From: Candidatus Bathyarchaeota archaeon
GTDB lineage: Archaea; Thermoproteota; Bathyarchaeia; Bathyarchaeales; Bathycorpusculaceae
Direction of reading: 5' to 3'
Length of the DNA stretch: 64,000 bases
Assembly: GCA_963707955.1 (NCBI GenBank)
Contig: OY970176.1
Coordinates: 1,184,001 to 1,248,000, forward strand
The position numbers and the translations under genes are program-made. The notes beneath the pieces were generated by a model, which did no database searches, was not told the DNA's origin, and was given only the letters and a program-made list of their open reading frames with translations. This document shows positions 51,381 to 61,931 of the stretch, piece by piece (position 1 is the stretch's first letter; each line of letters opens with the position of its first letter).

Positions 51381-53216
51381 ATGTTCGGTTGGAACGGCAA
51401 GCTCTTACATGTAAACCTGAACAAAGGCAAAGGCGTTGCGGACAAGTATGAAGCGGGAATGGCCAAGAATTTTCTAGGAGGCAGAGGCTTTGCAGCTAAA
51501 ATTCTCTGGGATGAGCTTAAACCTGGGATCGACCCGTTGTCGCCAGAAAACAAACTTGTCTTTGCCGCTGGTCCTCTAACGGGCTTTACACTGCCGAGCA
51601 GTGGCAAGCTGGTTGTGGCCGCCAAGAGTCCGCTAACGTGGGGCTACGGAGACGGAAATGTGGGAACCTTTGCCGCTGTTCACATGCGCAAAGCAGGTTT
51701 TGACGCTGTCATTGTGGAGGGCAAGGCGCGTGACCCTGTTGTGTTGGTTGTTCGAGACGAGTCAGCTGAGTTTCTTGACGCCAGAGACCTCTGGGGTCTG
51801 AATTCCTTTGAAACGGAGAGGAAATTGGCAGAAGTCTACGGGCGCACAGTCGGCATCCTCTGCATAGGCCAAGGTGGAGAAAACCTAGTGAAGTATGCAA
51901 ACATAGTTTCTCAGGAAGGCAGGGCAGGCGGCAGACCCGGGATGGGCGCTGTTATGGGGGCCAAGAACCTTAAGGCCGTCGTGCTAATCGGCTCCAACGA
52001 GTTGCCCGCTGCCTATCCGAATGAGATGAAGGAGTTGGGGGCGGAAGCCTTGCGAGAGGTTTTAACCAAGCCTAACTATGCCTTCTGGAAACGTCAAGGC
52101 ACCATGAGCACGATTGAATGGAGCCAAGAGAACAGTGTGCTACCGACTCATAATTACAGCGAAGCCGTTTTTCAAGAGGCAGACGCCATAGGCGGGTTTG
52201 CCATGGAGAAGATAAAAGTTTCTAATCGCGGTTGCCCGCAGTGTAACATGACGTGCGGCAACGTCGTAAAGGATTCTGACAGGAAAGAGTCGGAGCTTGA
52301 CTACGAGAATGTTGCGATGCTGGGTTCAAACATTGGACTTGGCAACTTGGGAAGGGTTGCAGCGCTAAACAGAGTTGCGGATGAGTATGGTTTGGACACG
52401 ATTTCTTTGGGCAACGTCCTTGGGTTTGCGATGGAAGCCTCAGAAAGAGGACTAATCGCGGAGAAGGTTCCGTGGGGCATGTTCAAAGCAGCTAAAGCCT
52501 TGATCAAGGACATTGCATACAGACGAGGCTACTTGGGCAACCTCTTGGCAGACGGTGTCTATTCCGCTTCCGAGGAGATAGGTCATGGTTCAAGTCGTTG
52601 TGCTATGCACGTGAAGGGTTTGGAGGTTTCGGGTTATGATTGCCACACCACACCTGCAATGGCGTTGTCTTACGGAACCTGTTCCATCGGGGCTCATCAC
52701 AAGGATGCATGGGTTATTTCTTGGGAAGTGAAGGCTGGCCGCAAGGGCTACACTGCGGAAAAGGTTGACAAGGTGATTGAGCTTCAACGCATGCGCGGCG
52801 GAGTGTTCGAGTGTTTAACTGTTTGCAGGCTTCCATGGGTAGAATTGGGCTTTGAGCTTGAATGGTACCCGAAGCTGTTGCATGCGGCAACGGGCACTGA
52901 GATGCCGTGGGACGCCTTGAACTTGATCGGCGACAGGGTTTTCAACTTGATCCGCGCCTTCTGGGTCCGCGAGTTCGGCAAGAAGTGGAATTCCGGAATG
53001 GATGTTCCCCCGCCGAGGTGGTTCGAGGAGCCGTTGACCGAAGGTCCCATGAAGGGAATGAAACTCGACAGGGCCAAGTACGAGTCCATGCTGCGCATGT
53101 ATTATCAGAAAAGAGGCTGGGACGAGCATGGAGTCCCGCTGAAGTCAACTCTGAACAGACTTGGGCTGAAGGACGTCGCACATGATCTGCGCAGACACGT
53201 AAAATTGTCGGATTAG
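51381..53216 (+). CDS. Tungsten-dependent aldehyde:ferredoxin oxidoreductase family
   Basis: LGGRG, KSPLT, GRPGMGAVMGAKNLKA, CxxCxxxC, DEYGLDTIS. Confidence 0.93.
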   Translation: MFGWNGKLLHVNLNKGKGVADKYEAGMAKNFLGGRGFAAKILWDELKPGIDPLSPENKLVFAAGPLTGFTLPSSGKLVVAAKSPLTWGYGDGNVGTFAAVHMRKAGFDAVIVEGKARDPVVLVVRDESAEFLDARDLWGLNSFETERKLAEVYGRTVGILCIGQGGENLVKYANIVSQEGRAGGRPGMGAVMGAKNLKAVVLIGSNELPAAYPNEMKELGAEALREVLTKPNYAFWKRQGTMSTIEWSQENSVLPTHNYSEAVFQEADAIGGFAMEKIKVSNRGCPQCNMTCGNVVKDSDRKESELDYENVAMLGSNIGLGNLGRVAALNRVADEYGLDTISLGNVLGFAMEASERGLIAEKVPWGMFKAAKALIKDIAYRRGYLGNLLADGVYSASEEIGHGSSRCAMHVKGLEVSGYDCHTTPAMALSYGTCSIGAHHKDAWVISWEVKAGRKGYTAEKVDKVIELQRMRGGVFECLTVCRLPWVELGFELEWYPKLLHAATGTEMPWDALNLIGDRVFNLIRAFWVREFGKKWNSGMDVPPPRWFEEPLTEGPMKGMKLDRAKYESMLRMYYQKRGWDEHGVPLKSTLNRLGLKDVAHDLRRHVKLSD

Positions 53217-53229
53217 AAGGGAGTTTATC

Positions 53230-54693
53230 TCAGTATGCTATTGCCGTCCTGACGATTGAATCCGTCTTCTCACCGCAGACTATGCATTTTCCTGTGATTC
53301 TTTCTTTCACATCCTCCGGAATACCCAAAACTCGAGCGCCGGTGATCTCTTCAAGTCTGTGTCCGCACTCCGTTTTGCCGCACCATGGGACCTCAACGAT
53401 TCCGGCACGTTTGTCCAAGAGTTTCTTTGCCTCTTCCAGTTTTTCAGTGCGGTGAACGCGCTGTTTTGTGTATTGCCAGGCTTTCTGCATCATATCAGAT
53501 GCCATTTTCTCTTGCGTCTTGCTGAGGAGCTCTGCGAGCTCCTTTCGCTTACACGTCTGCTTTTCCAAAGTGTCGCGTCTGACAACGGTGGCTTCGCCTT
53601 TTTCAATGTCCCTTGGACCAATTTCAACCCGCAGTGGAACGCCTATGAGTTCCCAGTCGAAGTATTTTGACCCAGGTGTGATGCCCTCTCTCAGGTCAGC
53701 TTCAACTCTGAACCCTCTCTCTTTCAGTTCTCTTGCAACGCTCAGGCATTCTTTGTTTACCAATTCTGCCTTGCCCTTGTACGGGATCGGGATGACTACT
53801 ACCTGTGTCGGCGCGACTTTAGGCGGCAGGACTGTTCCATGGTCGTCACCGTGCATGATCAGGACTGATGCTATTCCTCTGCCTGAGATTCCAGCGCACG
53901 TTTGCCAGACGTGTTCTCTGTCGCCGTCCCTTGTTTCGTATGAAACGTCGAAGGCCTTGGAGAAGTGTTGGCCAAGGTTGTGAACCGTTCCGATCTGCAG
54001 CGTTCTGCCGTCTGGGCATATCATGTCAAACGCGGTTGAGTACTTCGCGCCGGCAAACTTGTCCCATTCTGGCCTCCGTGAGATGCAGTAGGCCACGCAC
54101 AGTTCGTTGAAGATTTTTTTGTAGTTGTCTATCTCCTCTTGCACTTCAGCCTCTGCCTCTTCAGCCGTGGCATGCGCCGTATGTGCTTCTTTGAAGTCGA
54201 ATTCACGCATCCTCAGGATGGGTCTTGTGGCTTTGGTTTCAAACCTGAAAACAGTCACGATCTGGTAGAGTTTCAGGGGCAAGTCTGTGTAGGAGCGTAT
54301 CCACAGGTGTTCCATGGGTCCGATGATTGTTTCGCTCGTGGGCCTCAGCGCTAGCCGCTGTTTCAGTTGCTTTTGTCCTCCGTGAGTGACCCAGAAAACC
54401 TGTGCTTCAAACCCTTCGACGTGTTCAGCCTCCTTCTGCAGCGAAGACTCAGGAATCAGAAGCGGAAAAAGTGCTTCTTGATGTCCAGTCGAGTCCAGCT
54501 GGTTTCGAATCACTCGGAAGACGTTTTCACGTATCTTGAAGCCGTAGGGAAGCCACACTGCCAGTCCTTTGATCGGATACCTGTAGTCGAAGATTTTTCC
54601 TTCGATCAAAACGTTTCTGAACCATTTACCGAAATGTTTACTCCATTTTTCCCTTGAGACAGCCTTTTCACTAGTCTTTGCCGTTTTTGACAT
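53230..54693 (-). CDS. proS: Proline--tRNA ligase (archaeal/eukaryotic type)
   Basis: [24 protein letters not shown]-terminal Zn domain ending AIAY. Confidence 0.96.
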   Translation of the reverse strand: MSKTAKTSEKAVSREKWSKHFGKWFRNVLIEGKIFDYRYPIKGLAVWLPYGFKIRENVFRVIRNQLDSTGHQEALFPLLIPESSLQKEAEHVEGFEAQVFWVTHGGQKQLKQRLALRPTSETIIGPMEHLWIRSYTDLPLKLYQIVTVFRFETKATRPILRMREFDFKEAHTAHATAEEAEAEVQEEIDNYKKIFNELCVAYCISRRPEWDKFAGAKYSTAFDMICPDGRTLQIGTVHNLGQHFSKAFDVSYETRDGDREHVWQTCAGISGRGIASVLIMHGDDHGTVLPPKVAPTQVVVIPIPYKGKAELVNKECLSVARELKERGFRVEADLREGITPGSKYFDWELIGVPLRVEIGPRDIEKGEATVVRRDTLEKQTCKRKELAELLSKTQEKMASDMMQKAWQYTKQRVHRTEKLEEAKKLLDKRAGIVEVPWCGKTECGHRLEEITGARVLGIPEDVKERITGKCIVCGEKTDSIVRTAIAY

Positions 54694-54954
54694 TTTGGTC
54701 TCTCCCTTGTCTTCTACTGCTAGAATATAATTCTACCGTGAAGCTTTTCCTGAAATGGGCTGAGTCTTTCAAGAATTTAGCAACGTGGAACGCAGTCGCC
54801 CATTTCAACCACTCGTCACAACATTGCAAGAAGAAGCTATTAAACATTTTCTCGTCGCATTCTTTCAACTCTTCGGGACTCAAATGATGGAAGATTTCTC
54901 TGAGAATATTTATACTGTTTGAAATGGCATAGTAGAAGAAAAGAGAGTGATAAA

Positions 54955-55284
54955 ATGACTCTTTTCAAAGTAGAAACATACGTCATAAAACCAGAAAAGC
55001 AGGAGGAGTACAGGGCAATCATGAAGAAATGGGTCGCATATATCAAAAAGAACAAAGAAAAATGTATAGAGCTTAAATCATGGAAACTGTTCTCCCAAAT
55101 GACTGGTGGCAACTCAGGTGGATATGTCGAAATGGGCGCGTTTGAGAGCCTGGCGGACTATGAGAAGTTCATGCACAGAATCTTTCACGGACAGGACAAA
55201 TTCATCGCGGCAATCGTGTCAGGTTTTACGACTTGTGTAGTGCCTGGCACATACTCGATGAATATATGGAATTCTGTCATGTAA
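54955..55284 (+). CDS. Small dimeric alpha+beta barrel (NIPSNAP-like) protein
   Basis: ETYVIKPEKQEEY...YVEMGAFESLADYEKF pattern; SD GAGTGA. Confidence 0.6.
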   Translation: MTLFKVETYVIKPEKQEEYRAIMKKWVAYIKKNKEKCIELKSWKLFSQMTGGNSGGYVEMGAFESLADYEKFMHRIFHGQDKFIAAIVSGFTTCVVPGTYSMNIWNSVM

Positions 55285-55707
55285 CTCACCAAAAGGATTT
55301 TTGGGGAACGGCCATGTTCCATCATATGCAGGGTCACTCCAGCGAGTTTTATGATCGGTTTGCCGACAAGTGTGATGTGATGATTTCCGGATAAGCGATA
55401 CGGTGTAGATTTGCCGTTTTTCAAGAGTGTTTTTGGGAGGTATAACGTAAAATCCATACTCGACTGTTCGTGTGGAACTGGAAAACATGTAGCCGGAACA
55501 AAGTGATATCTGAGAATTACGTAGAGACGGAAGTGCACGGTTTTGGAAATTGCCTTCCAATTTGGCACCTTTTTTTGAGGCAATTCGAGCCCAGAGGATT
55601 CAACGGACTTTTCTTTGTCACTCTTCTCTGGCGGTTGCGTAAGTGTTTTAACTTCTTCAGCCTAAGCTTAGTGCGTTCTCAGAATGCGGGGATGGCGCAG
55701 GTTGAGT

Positions 55708-56950
55708 TTGAAGGCGATTCTAGTCGTTGCAGATGGGATGGCTGACAGGCCTTTAAGGGAGACTGGGCTGGAAAACACCGTTGGAGACGGCCAATAAGCC
55801 TGTGCTGGATCAGATAGCCAAGACAGGAATCTGTGGCATAATCGACCCGATCGCCCCCGGAGTCCCTGCTGGAAGCGACGCTGCCACGCTTGCGATACTA
55901 GGTTACGAACCTGTGAAGTTTTACTCAGGGAGAGGCGCTTTGGAAGCCGTAGGCTCAGGCGTTACAGTTTTGCCTTCAGATGTCGGTATCAGGTGCAACT
56001 TCGCAACGGTCAACGAGGTCCTTGCCGTTTTAGACAGACGCGCCGGCAGGATTGATAATAAAGACGCTACCAAACTCGCCGCAAGTCTTCAGAAAGTCAG
56101 GCTTCCAAAGTCGTTCAATGCCGAATTCCTGTTCAAGAACACTGTACAGCATCGTGCAGCCCTGGTTCTTCGCGGACCAAAACTGTTACCCGCGATAAGT
56201 GACTCAGACCCCGAGACTGATGGAAAGAAAGTTTTGCAGGTAAAACCGTTGGACAAGAGTCCAGAGGCTAAACGCACGGCCAGAATCGTGAACACGCTCA
56301 CGCATGAATTTCGCATGGTTTTGAAAGAACACCCAGTCAACAGGAGAAGAGCCAAGGAGGGATTGCCGCAGGCAAACATGATCTTGTGCAGGGGAGCGGG
56401 CACCGTTCCGAAAATAGTCCCGCTGCATGAACAGTTCGGCATTAAGCCTGCGTGCGTTGCGGCTGTCTCTCTGATTAAGGGCGTGTGCAAAGTTGCTGGG
56501 ATGAGTCTGATCCATGTTAAAGGGGCCACTGGAACTCCTCAGACTGATTACTCGGCTAAAGCGAAGGCGGCCGTTCATGCCTTGAGGACACATGATTTTG
56601 TGTTTTTGCACGTGAAGGCAACAGACGTGGCAAGTCACGATGGGGATGTCAAGCTAAAGATCGAAGTGATAGAAAAGATTGACAGGATGCTTGGTTATGT
56701 TGTTGACCACGTTGATGTCGACTCAACTTTCTTGGCGGTGACTGCCGATCACACAACGTCTCTGGCTACGCGGAACCATGAGGGTGACCCCGTTCCTGTC
56801 GCAATCGCTGGGCCCTACGTTCGACGTGACGATGTTGCTGAGTATGGTGAGAGAACGTGCGCCCGAGGAGGTTTGAACAGGATAAGGGGTGTTGATCTTA
56901 TGCCTACTCTGATGAGCTATATGGGTAAGGCAAAGAAGTTCGGTGCTTAG
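55708..56950 (+). CDS. apgM: 2,3-bisphosphoglycerate-independent phosphoglycerate mutase (apparent extra base near 55761)
   Basis: TTG 55708 gives MKAILVVADGMADRPLRE, then LGWKTPLETA in the next frame; GSD, GRGALEA, HVKATDVASHDG, TADH. Confidence 0.9.
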
Positions 56951-56998
56951 CGCACGCTTGTCTGAGCAGACTAGATATGAGTGTTGCAGGCTTCACGG

Positions 56999-57559
56999 TT
57001 ACTTTTTCTTTTCAGATTTGGCAGCCGCCATGAGAGACTCTATGAAGCTTTCAGGGTTCTTCGGAGTTATTAGATAGATTCCATGCTGGGCTCTTATCAA
57101 CACGCCGTCTTTGAAGTTGGTCATGGCCACGAAGGCTCTTCCAACGTTTGGAAAATAAAAGTACCCTCCATACCCGCTTGCTCCGAAGAGTCTGATGCCG
57201 AAGGGTATCAATGTTCTCTCCGCGGATTCTATCGTTTCCAAAGGGATCCTCTTCGTCCCCCCGATTAAGATCGATGCTTTTATGACAAGTTCTTTCTGGG
57301 TCAGCGTGTACGTTGTTCTGTAAATGGAAGCCACTAGAGATATCATTATTATCTCCACTGCAGCTATGACGATTAATCCGATGATTGCTCCAATCTGAGG
57401 CGACTGCAAGTACAAGTAGACAAAGAGAAGCCCGAGAGCAGCAACTACGACTATCATTGCTACATAAAACCGAGCCAGCGGTCTCGAAACCTCGGGTCTA
57501 TTAACGACACTCGTTTCTGCTCGCCATACACGGATTTGCGCTAGACTAAGAGGTGGCAC
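56999..57559 (-). CDS. Membrane protein with bacterial PH-like domain (start uncertain)
   Basis: Two TM helices then YTLT...IPLETI...RLFGASGYGG.F...LITPKNPESF. Confidence 0.7.
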   Translation of the reverse strand: MPPLSLAQIRVWRAETSVVNRPEVSRPLARFYVAMIVVVAALGLLFVYLYLQSPQIGAIIGLIVIAAVEIIMISLVASIYRTTYTLTQKELVIKASILIGGTKRIPLETIESAERTLIPFGIRLFGASGYGGYFYFPNVGRAFVAMTNFKDGVLIRAQHGIYLITPKNPESFIESLMAAAKSEKKK

Positions 57560-57597
57560 GTATGTAAGGTTACTCGTCCCACAACAGTGGGCGGGCT

Positions 57598-58716
57598 TTA
57601 TTGAACCTGCATGAGTCTCCATTCTTTGTAGTCTGTTACGACTCTGATGTATCCCCTGAGCATCTTGTCCGTTCTAGGGTCACCAGTGTCGACCCTTAAG
57701 ACTTTCCCGTTAATGTTCTGTAGCTTACTCTTCGTTGCTGCAACGATTATCCGTTCCTTTCCAACGCGTTTCACGATTTTTGGACTTATCTGCTGATTCC
57801 CTCTTCCAAGCAGAATACCCTGATGTCCAATCGGCGAAAGAACAATCCACGCGTTTTTCCAATCTTTCACTTCCTGAAGAATTCTTCCCTCGTCGACATC
57901 CTGAATCGCCTTCTTGTTTTGGCAGATGTCCACGCCTAGAACCGTTTTTTCGACGCCAAGCAGCTCTGCGATTCGCTTAACCGTTGTCCCAGGTCCCAGA
58001 ATCCACGTTGCATCGTTCGGCACTTGTTCCAAAATGAACCGCGCTATCGCCATCTGATTGTCAGCCTCGTCATCCGTTTCAGGACTCACCTGCTTGCTTC
58101 CCGCTATGCGAACTGGCAGAAAAGGCCCTTTCAAAAAGCCATGAAGCTTTACGGCGAAGACGTCTCTGCGTATCGCCTTTTCATCAGAATCCATAACTTC
58201 GAGGTCAGTGATTTCAGCTCGCCCTTGGGAATACGCCAGAACGACTTCCACGGCGTCTGAGGGGTTAACGGCAAAGATGCCGCTGTACATTTTGACGCCA
58301 GACGGGACGCCTAGAACTGGCACCTGGCGACAGCCTTGCATTGCGTCTAGAATGTCCTTAGCTGTTCCGTCGCCGCCCACAAAGACTATCAAGTCAACGT
58401 TTGCCCCAGCAAGAAGGTCAACCGCTGTCTTTGTATCTTCAGCAGTTGTCTCACTTCCAATTTTCATCGGCAAAACTTGCACGTGGAAGTCTGCTTCCCT
58501 TGCCTCTTCTTCACCCATGATTCCGGGGCATGCTATGACCTGGACAGACTTCTCCGTCATGTTACGCTTCAGCTTCTTCAGGAATTCGGTTGCTCTGCTC
58601 GGCGCAACCTGTTTAGCTCCTCTGGCTATCGCCTCTTCGAGCACGTCGTCTGTTCCTTTCAAGCCCACTCTGCCACCCATGCCTGCTATAGGGTTCACGA
58701 TGAAGCCTAGACGCAT
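57598..58716 (-). CDS. ATP-NAD kinase-like (AcoX-type) protein
   Basis: VNPIAGMGG, GGDGTA, GVPSGVKMYSG, GRGNQQ, VDTGD. Confidence 0.85.
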   Translation of the reverse strand: MRLGFIVNPIAGMGGRVGLKGTDDVLEEAIARGAKQVAPSRATEFLKKLKRNMTEKSVQVIACPGIMGEEEAREADFHVQVLPMKIGSETTAEDTKTAVDLLAGANVDLIVFVGGDGTAKDILDAMQGCRQVPVLGVPSGVKMYSGIFAVNPSDAVEVVLAYSQGRAEITDLEVMDSDEKAIRRDVFAVKLHGFLKGPFLPVRIAGSKQVSPETDDEADNQMAIARFILEQVPNDATWILGPGTTVKRIAELLGVEKTVLGVDICQNKKAIQDVDEGRILQEVKDWKNAWIVLSPIGHQGILLGRGNQQISPKIVKRVGKERIIVAATKSKLQNINGKVLRVDTGDPRTDKMLRGYIRVVTDYKEWRLMQVQ

Positions 58717-58924
58717 CGTTTATCAGTTAAACAAGATTTGCTGAGTGAGCTATAAACCATTTTTCACAGGCATAGAAAGTTCAAAGACTGGGTTGACCGC
58801 GTGCATGGAAATTCAGAGAGTCTCACCGACGTGAAAACTGCTTTTCAGGCTGAAAACTCTTATATTTCAAAATCCTAGACCCTCTGCTCACGGACGGAGA
58901 GGGCTTCAAGTGCAGAGCAGAAGG

Positions 58925-59887
58925 ATGAAAAAGCTTCTTGTAACCGGCGCCACCGGCCAAATCGGTTCTGAACTGACCGTGGCTTTGCGGAAAAAATACG
59001 GCGGTGACAACGTTGTTGCTGTCGGTCATAAAAGAAAGCCAAGCGATGAACTCGTTAGTTCAGGTCCCTTCGAGTTTGTCGACGTTGGCGAGAAGAAAAG
59101 CCTTGAAAAGGTTGTGAACAAGTATGGTGTTGACACTGTTTACCATCTGGCGGCTGTTCTTTCCGCTACGGGGGAGCAGAACCCTCAGGCTGCGTGGAAC
59201 CTGAACATGAGTAGCCTTTACAATGTGCTCGAAATCGCGAGGGAACACGGCTTAACCAGGGTTTTCTGGCCCAGCTCAATCGCGGTTTTCGGGCCTACCG
59301 CTCCGCGCACTGACACTCCTCAGGAAACGGTTATGATTCCGGGGACGATGTACGGCGTTACAAAAGTCGCTGGTGAGCTCCTGTGCAACTATTACTTCGT
59401 CAAGTACGGCGTGGACGTTAGAGGCGTCAGATACCCGGGCATAATAAGCAGTGAAACTGCTCCAGGCGGAGGGACAACGGACTATGCAGTGGAAATATTC
59501 TATGAGGCTTTAAAGAAGAAACGGTACACGTGCTTCGTGAGGGAAGACACGGTTTTGCCGATGATGTACATGCCGGACTGCCTCAAGTCAACCCTAGATC
59601 TGATGGAAGCCGACGCGTCAAGAGTGAAGCGTCACGACAGCTACAACGTGGCGGGGATGAGCTTCTCGGCCGGCCAGCTTGCGACAGAGATCAGGAAGCA
59701 CGTTGCGGATTTCAAGTGCGACTACAAGCCCGACTTCAGACAAAAAATCGCCGACTCATGGCCCATGTCGATCGACGATAGCGCAGCACGCAAAGACTGG
59801 GGTTGGAAACCATCCTACAACCTGGCCACGATGACGGCGGATATGGTGCAGAAGCTGTCGAAAAGGTTCGCTGAGGGCGGACTCTAG
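58925..59887 (+). CDS. L-threonine 3-dehydrogenase (SDR/epimerase type)
   Basis: TGATGQIG, LSATGE, PSSIAVFG, YGVTK, GGGTTDY; adjacent to kbl. Confidence 0.88.
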   Translation: MKKLLVTGATGQIGSELTVALRKKYGGDNVVAVGHKRKPSDELVSSGPFEFVDVGEKKSLEKVVNKYGVDTVYHLAAVLSATGEQNPQAAWNLNMSSLYNVLEIAREHGLTRVFWPSSIAVFGPTAPRTDTPQETVMIPGTMYGVTKVAGELLCNYYFVKYGVDVRGVRYPGIISSETAPGGGTTDYAVEIFYEALKKKRYTCFVREDTVLPMMYMPDCLKSTLDLMEADASRVKRHDSYNVAGMSFSAGQLATEIRKHVADFKCDYKPDFRQKIADSWPMSIDDSAARKDWGWKPSYNLATMTADMVQKLSKRFAEGGL

Positions 59888-59943
59888 CCTGCGAGCGAGA
59901 AAGAGTTAAGAGAAGGATCCGGAAAAATAAAACGAAAAGAGGC

Positions 59944-61146
59944 ATGGTGAAAATGCGGGATCCCACATCGTTTCTGCGAGAAGAATATGAAGCGTTGGTG
60001 AAAAGCGAGCTTGACTGGAAAATCCGTGTTCTGCAAGGCCCTAGCACGCCGTGGTGCGTTGTCGACGGCAAAAAAGTTTTGATGTTCTGTTCAAACAATT
60101 ACCTGAGCCTCAGCAATCATCCGAAGCTGAAAGAAACTGCGATAAAGGCTGTTCAAACTCACGGTGCAGGCTCCGGATCAGTTCGGCCTATAGCGGGAAC
60201 AATGGACATACACGTTGAATTAGAGAAACGGCTTGCGAAATTCAAACACGCGGAGGCTTCGCTCGTTTATCAGACGGGCTTCGCGGTCAACGCAGGTCTC
60301 ATCCCTCAGCTTGTTGGAAAAGAGGATCTGATAATAAGTGATGAGCTTAACCATGGCAGCATCATCGACGGTGTCCGACTGGCTCACGCTGAGAGGGCGG
60401 TTTACAAGCATTCGGACACGCAGGACTTGCGACGCGTTTTGGATGAGGCGGAGAAGCATTCTCCACCGTACAGACGAATTCTGATAATCACTGATGGGGT
60501 TTTCTCGATGGACGGTGACATCGCTCCCCTTGACAAGATAGCTAAGGCCGCCGCTGAACACGGCGCAATGGTCTACGTTGATGACGCCCACGGCGAAGGC
60601 GTACTTGGCGAGGGCGGCAGAGGCATCGTCTCGCACTTCAAGCTTACCCGAGACTTGGTTCACGTGGAAATGGGCACCTTCTCAAAGGCTTTCGGAGTTG
60701 TGGGCGGACACGTTTCAGGCTCTAAAGACCTGTTCAACTTCGCCTACAACAAGTCGCGGACCTGGCTTCTCAGCGGGTCACACCCGCCCGCGGTTGCAGC
60801 CGCTTGCATAGCCGCCATTGACGTCTTAGAAAAAGAGCCACAACACGTGAAGACCCTGTGGGACCACACTACATACTTCAAGAAAGCCATGAAGGACCTA
60901 GGCTTCAACATAGGCAACAGTCAAACACCGATCACACCGATCATCGTGGGCGAAAGCGGCCTGGCAAAGAAACTGAGCCAACGGCTCTTTGAGGAAGGAG
61001 TGTTTGCTTTGCCTATTGTGTTTCCGATGGTTGCACGGGACAAGGCTAGGATAAGAACGATAATGAACGCTGCCCTGACGAGGAAGGACTTAGATTTCGC
61101 CATCAGCGCTTTCGAAAAGATCGGAAAAGAACTGCAAATAATCTAA
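59944..61146 (+). CDS. kbl: Glycine C-acetyltransferase (2-amino-3-ketobutyrate CoA ligase)
   Basis: SNNYL, LNHGSIIDG, DGVFSMDGD, DDAH, TFSKAFG, ARIR. Confidence 0.88.
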   Translation: MVKMRDPTSFLREEYEALVKSELDWKIRVLQGPSTPWCVVDGKKVLMFCSNNYLSLSNHPKLKETAIKAVQTHGAGSGSVRPIAGTMDIHVELEKRLAKFKHAEASLVYQTGFAVNAGLIPQLVGKEDLIISDELNHGSIIDGVRLAHAERAVYKHSDTQDLRRVLDEAEKHSPPYRRILIITDGVFSMDGDIAPLDKIAKAAAEHGAMVYVDDAHGEGVLGEGGRGIVSHFKLTRDLVHVEMGTFSKAFGVVGGHVSGSKDLFNFAYNKSRTWLLSGSHPPAVAAACIAAIDVLEKEPQHVKTLWDHTTYFKKAMKDLGFNIGNSQTPITPIIVGESGLAKKLSQRLFEEGVFALPIVFPMVARDKARIRTIMNAALTRKDLDFAISAFEKIGKELQII

Positions 61147-61202
61147 AACTGCTCATTTCTAAAGGCTTTTTCAATTGTTCTCGGGTGCAAAGTGAGACAG
61201 TG

Positions 61203-61871
61203 ATGGATGTTAGAACAGCCAAGAGGCTTCTTCGAGAGGAAATATGGAGAAAACTTGAGGCTGAAGGTGTTGCAAGGTTTCCACTACCATGCTTTGGACA
61301 CGTGCCAAACTTTGAAGGCTCCGACAAGGCTGCACAGAACGTTAGGCTTCTGACAGAGTGGAAAGAAGCGAAGGTTGTGTTTGTCAACCCAGATTTTGCT
61401 CAACAGAAAGTCAGAGAATATGCGCTTTTGGACGGAAAGTTGCTTGTCATGGCTTCGCCGAAACTTGAACACGGCTACATCGTGGTTGATCCAGCGAAGG
61501 TTAGAGGCTCAGAGAGTCATGCTTCCACCATAAGAGGAGCATTCAATGTGGGAAAAATCGTAGACCTTCAACAGATGCCCAGGCCGGACCTGATCGTTGA
61601 GGGATCAGTTGCCATCGATCTAGATGGGAACAGGCTTGGCAAAGGAGGCGGGTATGGCGACGTGGAGATACGAGCTTTGAAGACAGAATTTGGGTCTCTG
61701 CCTGTCATAACGACCGTCCATGACATGCAAGTTGTTCGAAGTGTTCCCTTTGAGGGGAAAGATGAAAAAGTGTCAATTATCGTGACGCCCAAGAGGGTCA
61801 TTCGTGTTTCAAGAAGCGAAGAGCATGCAGCACGTGCATCTCCAGATTCGAATAAGTTATGCCCAACGTAA
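61203..61871 (+). CDS. 5-formyltetrahydrofolate cyclo-ligase-like protein (archaeal/MTHFSD-type paralog)
   Basis: ARFP..G.VPNF.G, VNPD..Q, GSVA, RLGKGGGYGD, TTVHD.Q. Confidence 0.82.
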   Translation: MDVRTAKRLLREEIWRKLEAEGVARFPLPCFGHVPNFEGSDKAAQNVRLLTEWKEAKVVFVNPDFAQQKVREYALLDGKLLVMASPKLEHGYIVVDPAKVRGSESHASTIRGAFNVGKIVDLQQMPRPDLIVEGSVAIDLDGNRLGKGGGYGDVEIRALKTEFGSLPVITTVHDMQVVRSVPFEGKDEKVSIIVTPKRVIRVSRSEEHAARASPDSNKLCPT

Positions 61872-61931
61872 CAGTTAATCTTAAAACCTAAGATGTGAAA
61901 GAATAACAGCACTACAATAAGGTGAACAAAC

